A DNA stretch of 58,035 nucleotides, counting the filler, from Sluysia triapertura (taxonomy: Eukaryota): the NCBI GenBank assembly GCA_046118255.1. It is 4 parts of 4 records of this genome, joined end to end, with 100 filler letters (N's around TTAATTAATTAA, not from the genome) between each part and the next. Parts side by side here need not be neighbours in the genome. Positions count along the whole stretch, not along the records: positions 27,404 to 41,087 come from JBJNIA010025396.1; 3 more parts are not named here. One strand, 5' to 3'. The stretch's first letter is position 1; every line of letters starts with the position of its first letter. Position numbers and translations under genes: made by a program. A model generated the notes under the pieces. That model was given only the letters and a program-made list of their open reading frames with translations, was not told the DNA's origin and ran no database searches. Below, piece after piece: positions 27,404-39,729 of the stretch.

Positions 27404-29219
27404 ATAATCATTAATTTTATTTAAATATCATTATTATATTAAATATTAATTTAATGTCAAAATATTTTTGATATCTAAATTGTATTAAAAATAATTATAT
27501 TTTATATAATAAAAATTTATATTTAAAATATTTGGAAAACTATATATTTAAATATTTTGTTAAAATCAATCATTTCAAAATATTTATCCACCACATTGGA
27601 ATTATTTATTATAAATATCGTTGGAATTTACATTTAGATAACCCAAAAAATATCTTCGTCAGCTCTTGAAGATTCCATGTTGTTAGGTCACCGTACCTTT
27701 AGGAAGGGCCAAAATCGGACGTAAAATAATACAATTAATCGTTATACCTTAACGAATAGCTTAATTTGTAAACATTAAAATCAGAATTATAATATTAAGG
27801 AGAACAATTAAACCTAGTTCTCCTAAATACTATTATTATTGTATTTTAATTTTTGATTTTGTCTAAGGGTTTATTGTATATCGAACTATAATTTTTTTAT
27901 TTTTTAAGTTGAGTAGAATACTAAGACTACATTTAATTTTGATTTTCTATATTAAAATTCCTATAGTTTTACGCTATACCTTAAAGGCAAGCTCAAAGTT
28001 TAAACTAACTAAAATATTTTGATTTTTGTACGCTAGACCATAATCGGATAGCTCAAACTATTTCACAAAACTAGAGCATAATTGGCTATTTCTACCTATA
28101 AATTATCGAGACATTAATAGATTATTTGTTAGTAAGTGATGAATTAGTTTTGATTTAAGAGCACAAAATAAACAATCTTTGTAAGATTTGATCACTAACT
28201 CGTTTTGTTAAATCCTAATAGACCGTCTTCGATCAGATATAAGTCGTTTCTATTAGGCGAACTCGCCTTCAGAATTCATTCATTTTGTAAGTATAAGTTT
28301 AAACTTCTGGGTTAAAAAACAAGGTATTTTTCAATAAATTTTGTCTAAACTGTGTGATAGTACTTGATAATCAATTTTATTTCCGCCAAAACAATTACGA
28401 CGGATTGATATTATCTATCCAGATGTTTCTGATATTCTCGAGATTATAACCTATCCAAAAGACCTGACAATTCGAAATACAAAGGTACGCAGCAAATAGT
28501 AATATATACATTCACAATAATGGAGTTGCGTGATGATCGAGTCTTGTCAAATTGAGGAATATGTAAGGAAATATTTGTATTCATGAAGTGTGCATGACAA
28601 TTAAGTAAAAATGATTTACAAAAATAGGACTTATGGTCTGTTCTAATTGTTTTATTATAAAAATGACAAGTAGGCTTAATGCCTAGGATTAATTCGTTAA
28701 ATGAAAGGCAAAAAACAAAATAAAAACTTATTTTATCTATTTCACAACAAGTAAAACTTTATAATGGTTATAAATTATTAAACAATTACATACATATGAT
28801 GAACAGAATGTTTTTCGTTGACACGCAGTTTTAGCTTTGAACTGAACCTTTACAACCAATGTGTCTAATGTCATTTCAGAAGTGGAAGAACTAGTCATGG
28901 AATGTTTTCGAGGATGCATAAATGGAATTATATTTAAACATCCTTTAATGCCAATTGTGCGAGTGATTTGAGAGGAATGTTGCATGACTTCAATTACAGA
29001 AAGTTTTCGTATAGTGCAATACTCGTAGAGCTTAACGAGATTTTCATACTAGTTCTTGTTCCACTGGGTCTCTACTATGACTATAACTTTATAAAGGCAG
29101 ATTATTTGGCACTACGTTTAAATCAAATATATAAGGTACTAGACCATATATTGGCATATCTTTGGCTAAATGCTTAAGTTTAAAATATTTATCACGACTA
29201 AACATAATTAATGTCTCTG

Positions 29220-29600
29220 TAATTTAAATTAGTTAATTCAAAAATTAAATCAGTAGAGCATCTACCATTAGGTAGGTAGATGATTAATACATATACTAAA
29301 TCATGATCGGAACAGTCCTCAAATTGAAAAACGTTTCTCGGAAATAATTAACAGGTGCAGCCTCAGACTCTGTATGTCCGTATCACTGCGAAATCGGTGT
29401 TCATTATTAGACAATTTGAAACCAACATTAATTGTTACTGTAAACATAAAATTTAAATCAACCAACAACTTACTAAACTCTCATTCGATATCAAAATTAA
29501 GCTGTTCATCTCCTAAATACAAAGGAGTAATATTACATCCACCAAGCTGTAGTAAGCGTATATAGAAATTTTTGGCAATAAAACTACACTATTTATAACT
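29220..29600 (-). mobile_element. LINE APE-endonuclease C-terminal remnant
   Basis: Minus strand reads DCSDHDLVYVLI (SDH motif of APE endonucleases) at ~29290-29320. Confidence 0.45.
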
Positions 29601-30699
29601 GGAATTACTTAAACCAAATATTAAGAAATTATTGTTTAAAGATTTACTTTAGCATGATTTACATATTAAAACAAGTATTATTTTCTAACATTTTCATTAA
29701 TAAAAATAGTAAAGTAATAAAATAATAAAATAATAAGAATAGTAAAAATAACAAAAATGGTAAAAATTATAAAAATAATATATAGTATAAATAACACTGA
29801 AAGTGATGATAATGATGATATGAATGATAATCAGAGAGAAAAGAACTATGATATTGATATAAATGATTTTGGTATGAGGTTTAGAGTTTGTAGAGTATTA
29901 TTTGTAGTTTATGCTAATGTAGGATAGTAACAATGAAGTGAAATTTTATAATGTTAAGGATGACAAAATTATTATGGATAAGCGTGACACCATAGTTGAT
30001 ATTTTAACTTTTTTCCTTTATGCATTAGTTTCTTTTACTTAAATTATTTATTTTATCGTGTTTGACTTAATTAATTTCTATCAGAGAATTTTGTGCCATT
30101 TCATATTGTTAATCGCATTTAAATTATGCTTGTCACCGAGTTCTAGTTAAAAGTTATTTTTGAAATATGAATTCACCAATAATTTCTATTTAAGCAACAA
30201 CATAATCAAGTGACGTAATATACTTAGTGTTTTTAGAAAAGTCAATATAGTTAATTAATGTAAAAAAGTAATCTCATCGTAACAGCAGAGATTTGACTAG
30301 ATAATTAAATAAGAGTTTTCAAAGTCGCTAGATTGATCGAAAGGGTTCAGTCAGATAATCTTATTAGAAAACCACAAATTTAAAAATCACACTCAAACAT
30401 TTCAAAATTAAAAAAATAATAAGAATCATTAATAAAATGTGCCATATCTTGCTTTACATATTTTGTGATAAATTTTGATTATGTTTAATTAAGAGGTTTA
30501 GTTTGTCGATTTTAATAAGTACGGAAATCCATTATAATTTAGAGATAATTTTGTTTAAAGTGATCACATTGCAATTAAAAATATATTTCATACTTACTTT
30601 TATTAAATTCAATAAGTGTCTGGTAGTGTCTGAAAATATTAAAGACAATATTAGATTTTCAAAAAAAACAAATGAATAAAACTATTAAAAATGTTGTAT

Positions 30700-31660
30700 T
30701 TCTAATCAAAATAGTTACCATTCGATTAAATGACCTCTGATATCTAGTTTTCACTTAATTTACATCTATATCAAAATAGATTTGTTCTTTGGAGACCAAA
30801 ATGTCCGAATTTCTTTTCTTTCGTATAAAATTATAAATCTATTAATAGATAATAGATGGTGAAATGTCTGCAGAACTTGTCGAATGTAATAAAACTTTTA
30901 CCTGATATCCATTAAAGTTTTACGAGCCACTTCTGATACATATTTATGGGTGTTATTGTGTAATAAAATACCTTTCTAATTTACCAATCAGATAGTAAAA
31001 TTTGAAGTTTATCATTTGTAACTTTTGATAATGCTGAATATATTACCGAATTCATAAAGTTATACTAATGGCATATTTTCGATAGTAATAAAACTTATAA
31101 AAAAGCTTTTGTTTTGATAATATTAAAATTAAATTTAACATTTTAATGAAATTAATTTTATTCTTTGTAATAACTGATCACACAATGCTATATAAAATAA
31201 GCTAAAATTTTTGAAAATTTGTGTCAATAAGGTCGAATATCAATATAAATGTCAAATTAAAAAATTTTAGATGTCCAAATATCAAAGATTGATAACGTGA
31301 CCTAGAAATGATTAAAATTAAGAACGTACTTAGTAAGACTCGAATGGAAAAACAAAAATAGAAAATACGTTGGAGAATTAGCAATCCCCAATATTTAATA
31401 TTAATTGATTATTGTTGTCATTGTGATTATATCAATTGATGTTCATCTAGAAGCATCTTAATAACCTTAAATATTATCTGGACCGATCTAGAGTTTTAAT
31501 TTTATCTTCTCATCAAACAATTTTTTTTACCTAAATGTAGTCAAGTTTCCAAATCAAAACTGACTTTCAAGAGCAATTTTTATCTTTTCCATAAGACTTC
31601 TCTTCATAACAACTTGTCATAAGTTAGAAAACAATAAAACACATTGATTTGAGCAAAATT
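30700..31660 (-). mobile_element. Decayed, internally deleted Gypsy pol (RT-RNase H-integrase) remnant
   Basis: In Gypsy order on the minus strand: GIANSPTYF (~31362-31390, RT PFGL.NAP motif), FLGHVI (~31291-31310), QKWLVKL...ADIS (~30860-30940, RNase H end) and GHFGLQRT (~30785-30810, integrase zinc finger). Confidence 0.7.
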
Positions 31661-31693
31661 CCAAAAATAATTATATTTTTTATCATTTAAATC

Positions 31694-32524
31694 TGTAAGG
31701 TTGTAAATTAATATTTTAATTTATTTGTAAAAGTTGTAAAATTATCTATATTTTATTATTTATATTTTATTTTGTATTTTATGTTTTATGTAAAAATTGT
31801 GAAATTTATAAACATTAAAATTAAAAATATTTTTTAAAATTATAAAAATTATTATTTAAAATATTACAAATAATATTATATCAAAAATTATAAATCAAAT
31901 TTAATTATTTTAAATATAAAGAAAAAAGAAAACACCAGAAAAGTTTGTTTTAATTAACTAAACTTTTAATATGGTTTCTAACAGTATAAAAAGATAGTAA
32001 CAATCACAAGTAACAGACAAGTTAACACAAGAATCACCATCTTTGATCAAACAAATAAAGTACAAAGAAGTTATACACTTGATTTTTCACAAATATAATT
32101 TATGATACAAAGCCCCGGCTATACAAACTAAGTAATTAAAATATCACATTGATTCTACGATATCTACGAGAATAATAATCAAATTTTTTATTCCATCAAT
32201 TCCAATTTATGTTATAAAGTAATATTAAGTTAAAATATTTACTTAAAATACTTGATTTTCAGTTGGTCATTAAGGCCAATTATAAAATATTACTAAAATC
32301 TAAAATCATCATCTTTTCGTTGGTCCGTAAGGCCAATTATAAAATATAAATCCATTTGATCGAATCTTTGGGCTAGGCCAACTTATTTAAAATCATTCAT
32401 TATTATTATTGCTTATATTATTGTCTTGATAACTTGGAATTTATATATTTTGTTTTCTTTTTAACGAATTTCTATAATTTTAACGTTGTGATTTATTAAG
32501 GTTTAACGTAAAAGTTACAATACA
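31694..32524 (+). mobile_element. Solo LTR with 4-bp target-site duplication
   Basis: TGTAAG...ATACA termini flanked by AATC on both sides (31690-31693 and 32525-32528). Internal TATAAA; homologous to 24.7-25.4 kb. Confidence 0.7.
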
Positions 32525-32759
32525 AATCTATTACCAACATTAAACTACGAAAAACTTAAAGATACATTATTTTAGTAGTAAAGATACGTTGGTTACCATC
32601 ATTTAATGTGTGAACTAAAATAATCTTAACTTATTTTTTGACAATAGTGTTCGTGAATTAGACTTCGTTATAGTAATATTTAACAAATAATTGAATTTTA
32701 AAGACATTAGAGAAGCACGTTATTGCACGGATATCTTTACCGTTATTCTTAGACGTATT

Positions 32760-32845
32760 TTCACGTTACTTACAGATACACCACTGATAAGTCGTATACT
32801 GTAGGCGGACTCTAGATATTAATTTACTTTGCTGTTAGGTAAGTT
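32760..32845 (+). repeat. Dispersed hairpin repeat (copy F)
   Basis: CTTACAG(32769)/CTGTAGG(32799) stem, then CGGACTC, then AATTTACTTTGCTGTTAGGT. Confidence 0.7.
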
Positions 32846-33039
32846 TTAGAGTCAAAAGAAAACAGAAATACAGCATATCAAACAGAGCAGAAAATTTATT
32901 ATATTTTAGTAAAATACTTGAGGAACATCTAAACAGCAAGATTCAATAACAAATTTTCAACAATTATTTCGCCATCGTTTAAGAAAAGGTTAAATTAGAT
33001 AATTAATTTTATAGTGCTAAATCTATATATAACTCATTA

Positions 33040-33320
33040 CATTACTGAAATAGAAATAACGTTGCTTTTTTCTTAAATATTTCATAATATTCTCTTAGTT
33101 GTATATTTTTGAATCATAAACCATATACAACCTGGAACCTATCTTATTATCATTGCGGTTTCTGTATAAATTGTCATATTTTAAAGATTTTCATTTTAGT
33201 TTCCAAATTTTTTTTATTTCCAAGAGATATTCAGGACTTCCATAACGTAAAAATTAATGTCATGATTTTAAAATCTACTTTGCTTTCTTTCAGATTCAAA
33301 CTTAACTAATTCGATAATGG
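33040..33320 (-). mobile_element. LINE ORF2 C-terminal fragment, second copy
   Basis: Shares GTCATGATTTT..A.TCTACT and TTTCTTAAATATTTCATAAT with the 23.5 kb copy; reads VDFKIMT...GSPEYLLE. Confidence 0.65.
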
Positions 33321-34424
33321 TAATAGAATCTTTGCTATTTTCAATACTTTATTCTTTACTCGTCATTTACTACAACATATGCTATTTACTGAAAATTATG
33401 CTCAAAATTTTTAGAATTAAAACTTTACATATTATGTTTGGATTATAAAAGTAGTACAATATATTATTTAATATGTAATCTAAGTGATTTAAAATATTGT
33501 GAAGTTATGATCATAATAATAATTGAAATATTAATCGAAATAATATAATTTCAAATGGTGATAATAAATTCTAGGCGTAACCTCATGTTTACGTGTAAAA
33601 TATATTATTTATTTTTAGGGCAACACGCCCATATTGAAAACTAAATGTAAAAATAATACAAAGAGATTAAAGAGCTCGGATATTAAAATGAATTGTTTAA
33701 AAATTGCTTTTAAATTATTGTGTTTTTTCAGTCACTTCAGAGTGTAATTGTTGTGGCGGTTCAACTCATAAGGCCTCATTTCACTACTTACACACCACAT
33801 AATAAATCTATAACTCACAACAAATCTAACAAATCTAGTTTTAACCACACATTCTTAGAATAATCCTTTCTACATTCAATATCTCACAACCTTTACAAGC
33901 ACAGCGTCATTCAATGAAAAATTTCAATTTCAAACTATTCAACAGATCATCTAAAGACTCAAACATATTAAATTCAACTCATCTCTACATGTTTTTAGAT
34001 CATCAAATGATACCATTTTACTCAATACATTCACCAAATTCAAAACAAATGAGATTAAACTTAAAATCCAAAAGCTATACACAAAATGATTCAACAATGA
34101 AACAAAACACCTTTTAATCCATGAAACATTCAGCAAAACTGCGAATCTTAATCATATTCAGAGATCATCAGAGTTCTTTAGCCTTTCGAATCTTAATTTA
34201 CATTATCCAAATAAAATTTTATAGTTTTAAAGCATACACTATTATTTTCTAACTATAAGGCGAAATTTTAACGAAAATATTACTAGAAACTAAGAACTCA
34301 TTCAAACTTTTATAATGTGTAAAATCATAAAGTATATATAGCTATTTGCAAAGCAGAATTATCATCTGATAAAAGAGTTCGTTGAGTACATTCAAACATT
34401 TACACAATCTAAATAAGAATAAGA

Positions 34425-34427
34425 ATG

Positions 34428-34485
<58 letters not shown>
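34425..34485. repeat. (AAT)n microsatellite
   Basis: Direct inspection. Confidence 0.95.
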
Positions 34486-34559
34486 GTTAGTTTATTATGA
34501 ACCGGTTACGTAATAACGAATAGTTACTCTACGTCTAAACTCAATTATTGCATTATTAA

Positions 34560-35760
34560 CTCATTCGAATGATTACAGTTCAGTTAAAGCAGGAATTTAT
34601 GTCACATTTTATTGGTACAAATGTTGGATCAATTATTGGATCAGCGTATTTTAATCGTAACGATATAACACAGTTAGTAGACATGTATGATTACAAAAAT
34701 AAAAATTTTTAAAAAGAAAAATATGAATGACATTGAGTGACTTATTTTATGACCAATAGGTGCTCATTTAAATTGTTCATTTAATTCAAAGACGTCTTCT
34801 AATGTTGAAATATTAGCAGATGATCTAGCTAATACAGTTAAACTTTCATGATAATCAATCAAAACACGTGTTAAGCGATTACAGTACGTCAGAATTGCCA
34901 AATTATGGTTTATCGAATAAAGTGAACTCTAAAGGCAATAAAGGCGATGATACATTTCCCGAAACTATACCATGTAATTATCAAAAGGTTAAAATTCCTT
35001 CAAATCAAACAGAACAAATTATTCGTTCACGTTTGGAATCGATTGTAAATTAAAAAATACCACTACTTGAGGGTTATCAATAGTTAATTCATGTTATCCA
35101 TTGATTACTTTTGTTCCAATCAACAAATTATAGAACCAACATCTTCATTTCCATTAGAACCTGCTGAAATGGATACAGAGATACAAGGTATTAGCTATTC
35201 TAAGTAAGGAAGATAGAATTTACAAGACAATTAGAATTTAGAATTTGCAAGAAAATTATTAAGGAAAGATGACAAAAAGAAAGAAAAGATAATCCTAAAG
35301 AATTAATGACAATAAGTATAATTAATAATGCCCTGAATATTGCCATGGAACTTCCAGAAACTTCAATTGCAAAAGATATTATAGAATTACTTAAGTCAAA
35401 AGATTCTGCTAAACTCAAGTTGACTTATATATTTATGATAGAAAAATATTACCTAATGATTATATAAATGATTACGGTTATCCATCAATGAATGGAAACC
35501 ATGAGGAAGCATCAATGACTTCGCAGTTATAATGGCATATACTAAGCCTTCAGATGATTTACGAAAATAAGATGAATTAATAAACGATGATAAAGATATT
35601 GATTTAGATAGAACCCCACGTTCATTATTAAGAGAATTAATGGAAGATAATTATAATGATAATAATAATAAAGTTATAGACATTACTAATGATAATGATG
35701 ATTACACTGAAGAAAAACCTGACTACATAATAGACTTAAACAAAAATCAATAATAATCAA
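34560..35760 (+). mobile_element. Decayed relative of the gag-env element (gag remnant plus acidic linker)
   Basis: Gag-like VKQEFMSHFIG near 34585. Linker motifs LAILS..RKLLRK, LPNDYINDYGYP and EEKPDYIIDLNKNQ match LVILS..RKLLKK, IPTDFLNDYGYP and LEEPDYIVDLNKNP at 43.4-44.0 kb. Confidence 0.7.
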
Positions 35761-35959
35761 TAAATTGTTAATATATTATTTAGTCTATACACATATAATT
35801 GAAATCACAATATTATTTAGTCTGTTTATACACAACATAAAGTTCAAAGTCACCTACAATGAACATTGATTTACAATATCGACACTCTTAATTTGACAAT
35901 AACTGTTTCGCTACGAAAATCAAATAATATGTAATAATTTTTTATAAAATGAGTTAGAT

Positions 35960-36240
35960 ATGTTAATGTAAAATGTTAACTTTTGTCTTTTTATTTAAAT
36001 CTATATCAAATTCAAATGTCTGGATATTATTTTATATTCTAAAAAGTCCTTACTCTGTATTATTAATTCAAATCTCTTTATAAAATTTAAAGTTAAACTT
36101 TAATTAACATTATCACTTTATATTAAACTTAACTGGATCAGTATACTCGTCCTTGCTGTTCAGGATAGAAGTGCTTAATAATTTATTAATAATAGTTATA
36201 CGGTTATATCTTAATCATTATTCAACTATAATATTTTACA
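35960..36240 (+). repeat. Dispersed repeat (LTR-like); inverted copy at 54190-54470
   Basis: ATACTCGTCCT.GCTGTTCAGGATAGAAGTGCTT..TAATTTATTAATAATAGTTATACGGTTATA is shared in reverse complement. Confidence 0.8.
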
Positions 36241-37251
36241 AAATCGTTTTCTCAGTGGTACAACTCTCAAGTTAATTAAAATAAGACAACTAATTTTATT
36301 TAGAAACAATATAAATATGAAATTTTATAATATATAGAAACTTTAATTTTAACGTTAAGTTTATAAAAAAATTTTGGAGATTACTTACAATTAAAATCTG
36401 AATACAAATCGTTCGATTGAAATTGTTCTTCCAAATATTACTGTCGCAATATAGAGCTATTGTAATATTCAAAGCTTCTAATGAATGTTAAATTTTTTTC
36501 CTTTTATAGTAACTCCGTAATATAATCCAACATTAATATTATCACGTATTAATAAATTAAATCAATCCAATATAGTTCAAAATTACGTATTAATCAGTAA
36601 AATTAAATGAATTAAATCAATTCAATATAGTTCAAAATTATAACTACTAAATGAATTAAATCAATACTATAATAATTTTACTACGTACTTTAGTGATTTA
36701 ATATTGCATGTAATTTGTTATAATAACAATCACAATGAAATAATAATAGTAGTAATAGTAATAATAATAATCACAAATAATAATAATAGTGAAATAATAA
36801 TAATGAAATATTTTTTAATAAAATAATTTTGATTTTATTAAACATTTTAATGTTAAAAATAAAATATTGAATAAAAATATTACGAATATTAAGTTACAAA
36901 TATAAATTATGCCAAATTAGGAAAATGACAATGCTGTCGTATTATCTGGATGTCTCGGAGCAACAATCCGGTATTCAAATAAGTTCCATATCGGGATAGC
37001 CGATTCGCCATATACGTATTAGCGAGAAAGCATGACATATATTAATAAAATTCTTGTTATATTTCTGATTTAATACATGATAGGTGATATTTTTGAAGAA
37101 AAGGACTTATGTAACTTTGACAATTATTTTTTTGAAAAGAAAAATATGTAATGTAATAATCCTAATTTACAACTTAAATACAATTAATGTTAAAATTATT
37201 CTGTATACATTAAAAACATTCTCTATACATTTTAAATATATCTTTAATTTA

Positions 37252-38266
37252 CTATTTGGAATCGGCAATTAATTGTTGTTTAATGGCATCCGGAATTCGA
37301 TGCAAATAATCATCTATCCATCCAGAATTTGCAGTTGCCAGTACGCCTAATTTATTTGCATGATTGACATCAACATCATACTTTAATTTATTGCCACATA
37401 AATCTCTCAAATCACCACCAGATTCTGTTAAAATAGCTTCCGGTGCACAAGTATCCCATTTTTTACATCCTCGACTTGCAAACACATATGCATGACAACG
37501 ACCTTCAAGCAAAAGTAAAACTTTATGTCCACAACCACCAACTCGTATTATCTGTTAAATTTTTTATAATTTAAAATTAAATTACTTCTGTTGGTTTACA
37601 ATTATTCAAAGCTTCTTGAACTAATGACGTTGAATGACCACGTGTAGTAGTCATTATATTACAAGTTTCGTTTGGTGGATGCTGAGCTTCTTTAAAACGT
37701 TTACTTATATTGAATACACCCATTCCTCGCAATGCATAAACAGATCGACCTTCAGAATGATTAAATGGTGAATAAGGTTGATGTATGACGCCCCCAATTG
37801 CTTCTCCATTAACGGCTAAGCCAATTAAAACTGTAACATGATCCAAAAGACCCTATATTTTATAAATTATCAGAAATATGTTAAAACTTACTTGTGTATA
37901 TTCAGTGGTTCCATCTAATGGATCTACCCATACTACTACATCACTGAGTTTAATATTTTTAAGTGCGTCAGGGCAAGTAAAACTCAAAATACTATTATCA
38001 TCGGATAAATCAACTTCATTATTTTTGTTTAACCACTCATCAGACAAACTTTCTTCTCCAATTACAATAATACCTGGAAATTTTTTTTTCAATGAATTAA
38101 CAATGCAAGCTTGAGCTTTCCTATCTGCAAGTGTTTGCAAATCATTTATTCCTTTATCAACAATTCCTAGATTTCCACTAGACATAACCTGTCTAATTAT
38201 TGATCCTGCAGCATATGATATTTTTACAGATGATGATAATAACCTTAATATTAAAGGTCGATCCAT
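37252..38266 (-). CDS. BPNT1: 3'(2'),5'-bisphosphate nucleotidase 1; exons 38266-37892, 37852-37586, 37551-37252
   Basis: Motifs DLQTLADR, IGEE, VVWVDPLDGT.EYTQ|GLLDHVTVLIG, TTRGH, RVGGCGHKV, GCKKWDTCAPEAIL. GT-AG introns of 39 and 34 nt restore one open frame. Confidence 0.95.
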
Positions 38267-39729
38267 TTTATTTTCTATAATATAAAATAGTTAAAATATA
38301 AATTATACTTGAGCACTAACAACATTAAATAAAATCAAATGATATTACAAACCAGATAAAGTCATGACACCTACGCATTAATAAATATAAAAATGTATAA
38401 AATCTATATCAACTTTTGAATATAAAATTTTAAGGACAGTAAATTTTAAATAAAACTTTAAGTTGTTAAAACTATAAATTGAATTAAAATATATATCAAA
38501 TAACAATTAAGTAATGTTAATTTTAAAGTGCAAGCTAAAATTTTAGTTTTATTTCGTTTAAGTGTTATATTACTATTATGCATTTACATGTTTAAATTAC
38601 TGACATAAATTACACTTTAAATTGTTAACAAATAAATGTTTTTATTGCATTTTTTGAAAGTATAAATGAATCGTGTATTACTTTTTTTTATTAAAATAAG
38701 ACAGTAATTTTGCGTTATAGTTATGAGAATAAATTTTATTTCACCAAAATCATTATAACTACTCAAAATTAAAAAGCACTTTAAAGGAAGCCATGTTAAA
38801 AGTTGATAAAATAAATCAAAGATTTCAACTATAAATAACACAAAAGCATAATCAATATTAATTTATAAAAATCTTTCAAAATTTTATAAATAAGTAGATT
38901 TTGCTTTGTTATTTGAGCGTTAATAATAATGCCATTAAAATTAATAAATATGCATAACTGCAATAATTAAAAGTGAAAATACTCAGATAATAAAGCAACC
39001 AATTTTTGAAGCAAATTATATGTTGCCGGAAAACTATTTTAATATATAAATATAAACAAGAAATTATTATTTCAAATAATAATTTGCATAGTTTTAAAGT
39101 GGTGTTGCAAAATTTCTAATAGTAAAATTTCTCTTAAATTTGTGTATTTCCTGTATTAAAATTTTTGCTCAATTAATAATTATAATTTAAGACAAAAATA
39201 TTATAAAGTTATAAGTCCTACAGACAAAAATTACTATACATTTATTAATTACTTATGCATACTTGGAAATGAAATTCTTTAAATTTATTTGTTTTAATCA
39301 TGCAAGTTAATAAATAAATATTTCATGACGAAAATATTATTTCTTTATTCATATTTTTTAAAAATAATTTGGTATGTCTTTTAAATACAGTTATTTCTCG
39401 ATTAATTATACTTGCAATTTTGTGCAATAATCTGAACTCAAATATATAAACTAATATGAAAAGGAAATCAGTTTTTCTGAATTTCGTGTCTGAAAAGGTA
39501 AGGCGATTCTAAAATGAAAGAAAATAAGTACAAAATAAATTTCAATAAATAAATTCCATTATAATTTTTGAAGTTCAACTTATTTCGAAAGATGATTGTT
39601 TATTGTAAGATACAAGTATTATTTTAACTAGATTTCTAAAATAGATTCTGTCATCAAAACATTTTTATTTGCAAACCAAATAGCGTTAAGATATTTTTTA
39701 TTATATATCTTAATAGTTTTATATTTGTA

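Noticed and set aside
27600-28450. Possible mitochondrial rRNA insertion (TTACGCTATACCTTAAAGG resembles a 16S motif)
   Set aside because: Only one short loose match. Other conserved 16S/12S motifs are absent and the region shares sequence with a nuclear repeat at 13.2 kb.
36920-37050. GC-richer island downstream of BPNT1 with YVMLSR (helicase motif VI-like) on the minus strand
   Set aside because: A single short motif followed by a stop. Not enough to call a Helitron helicase or an ncRNA.
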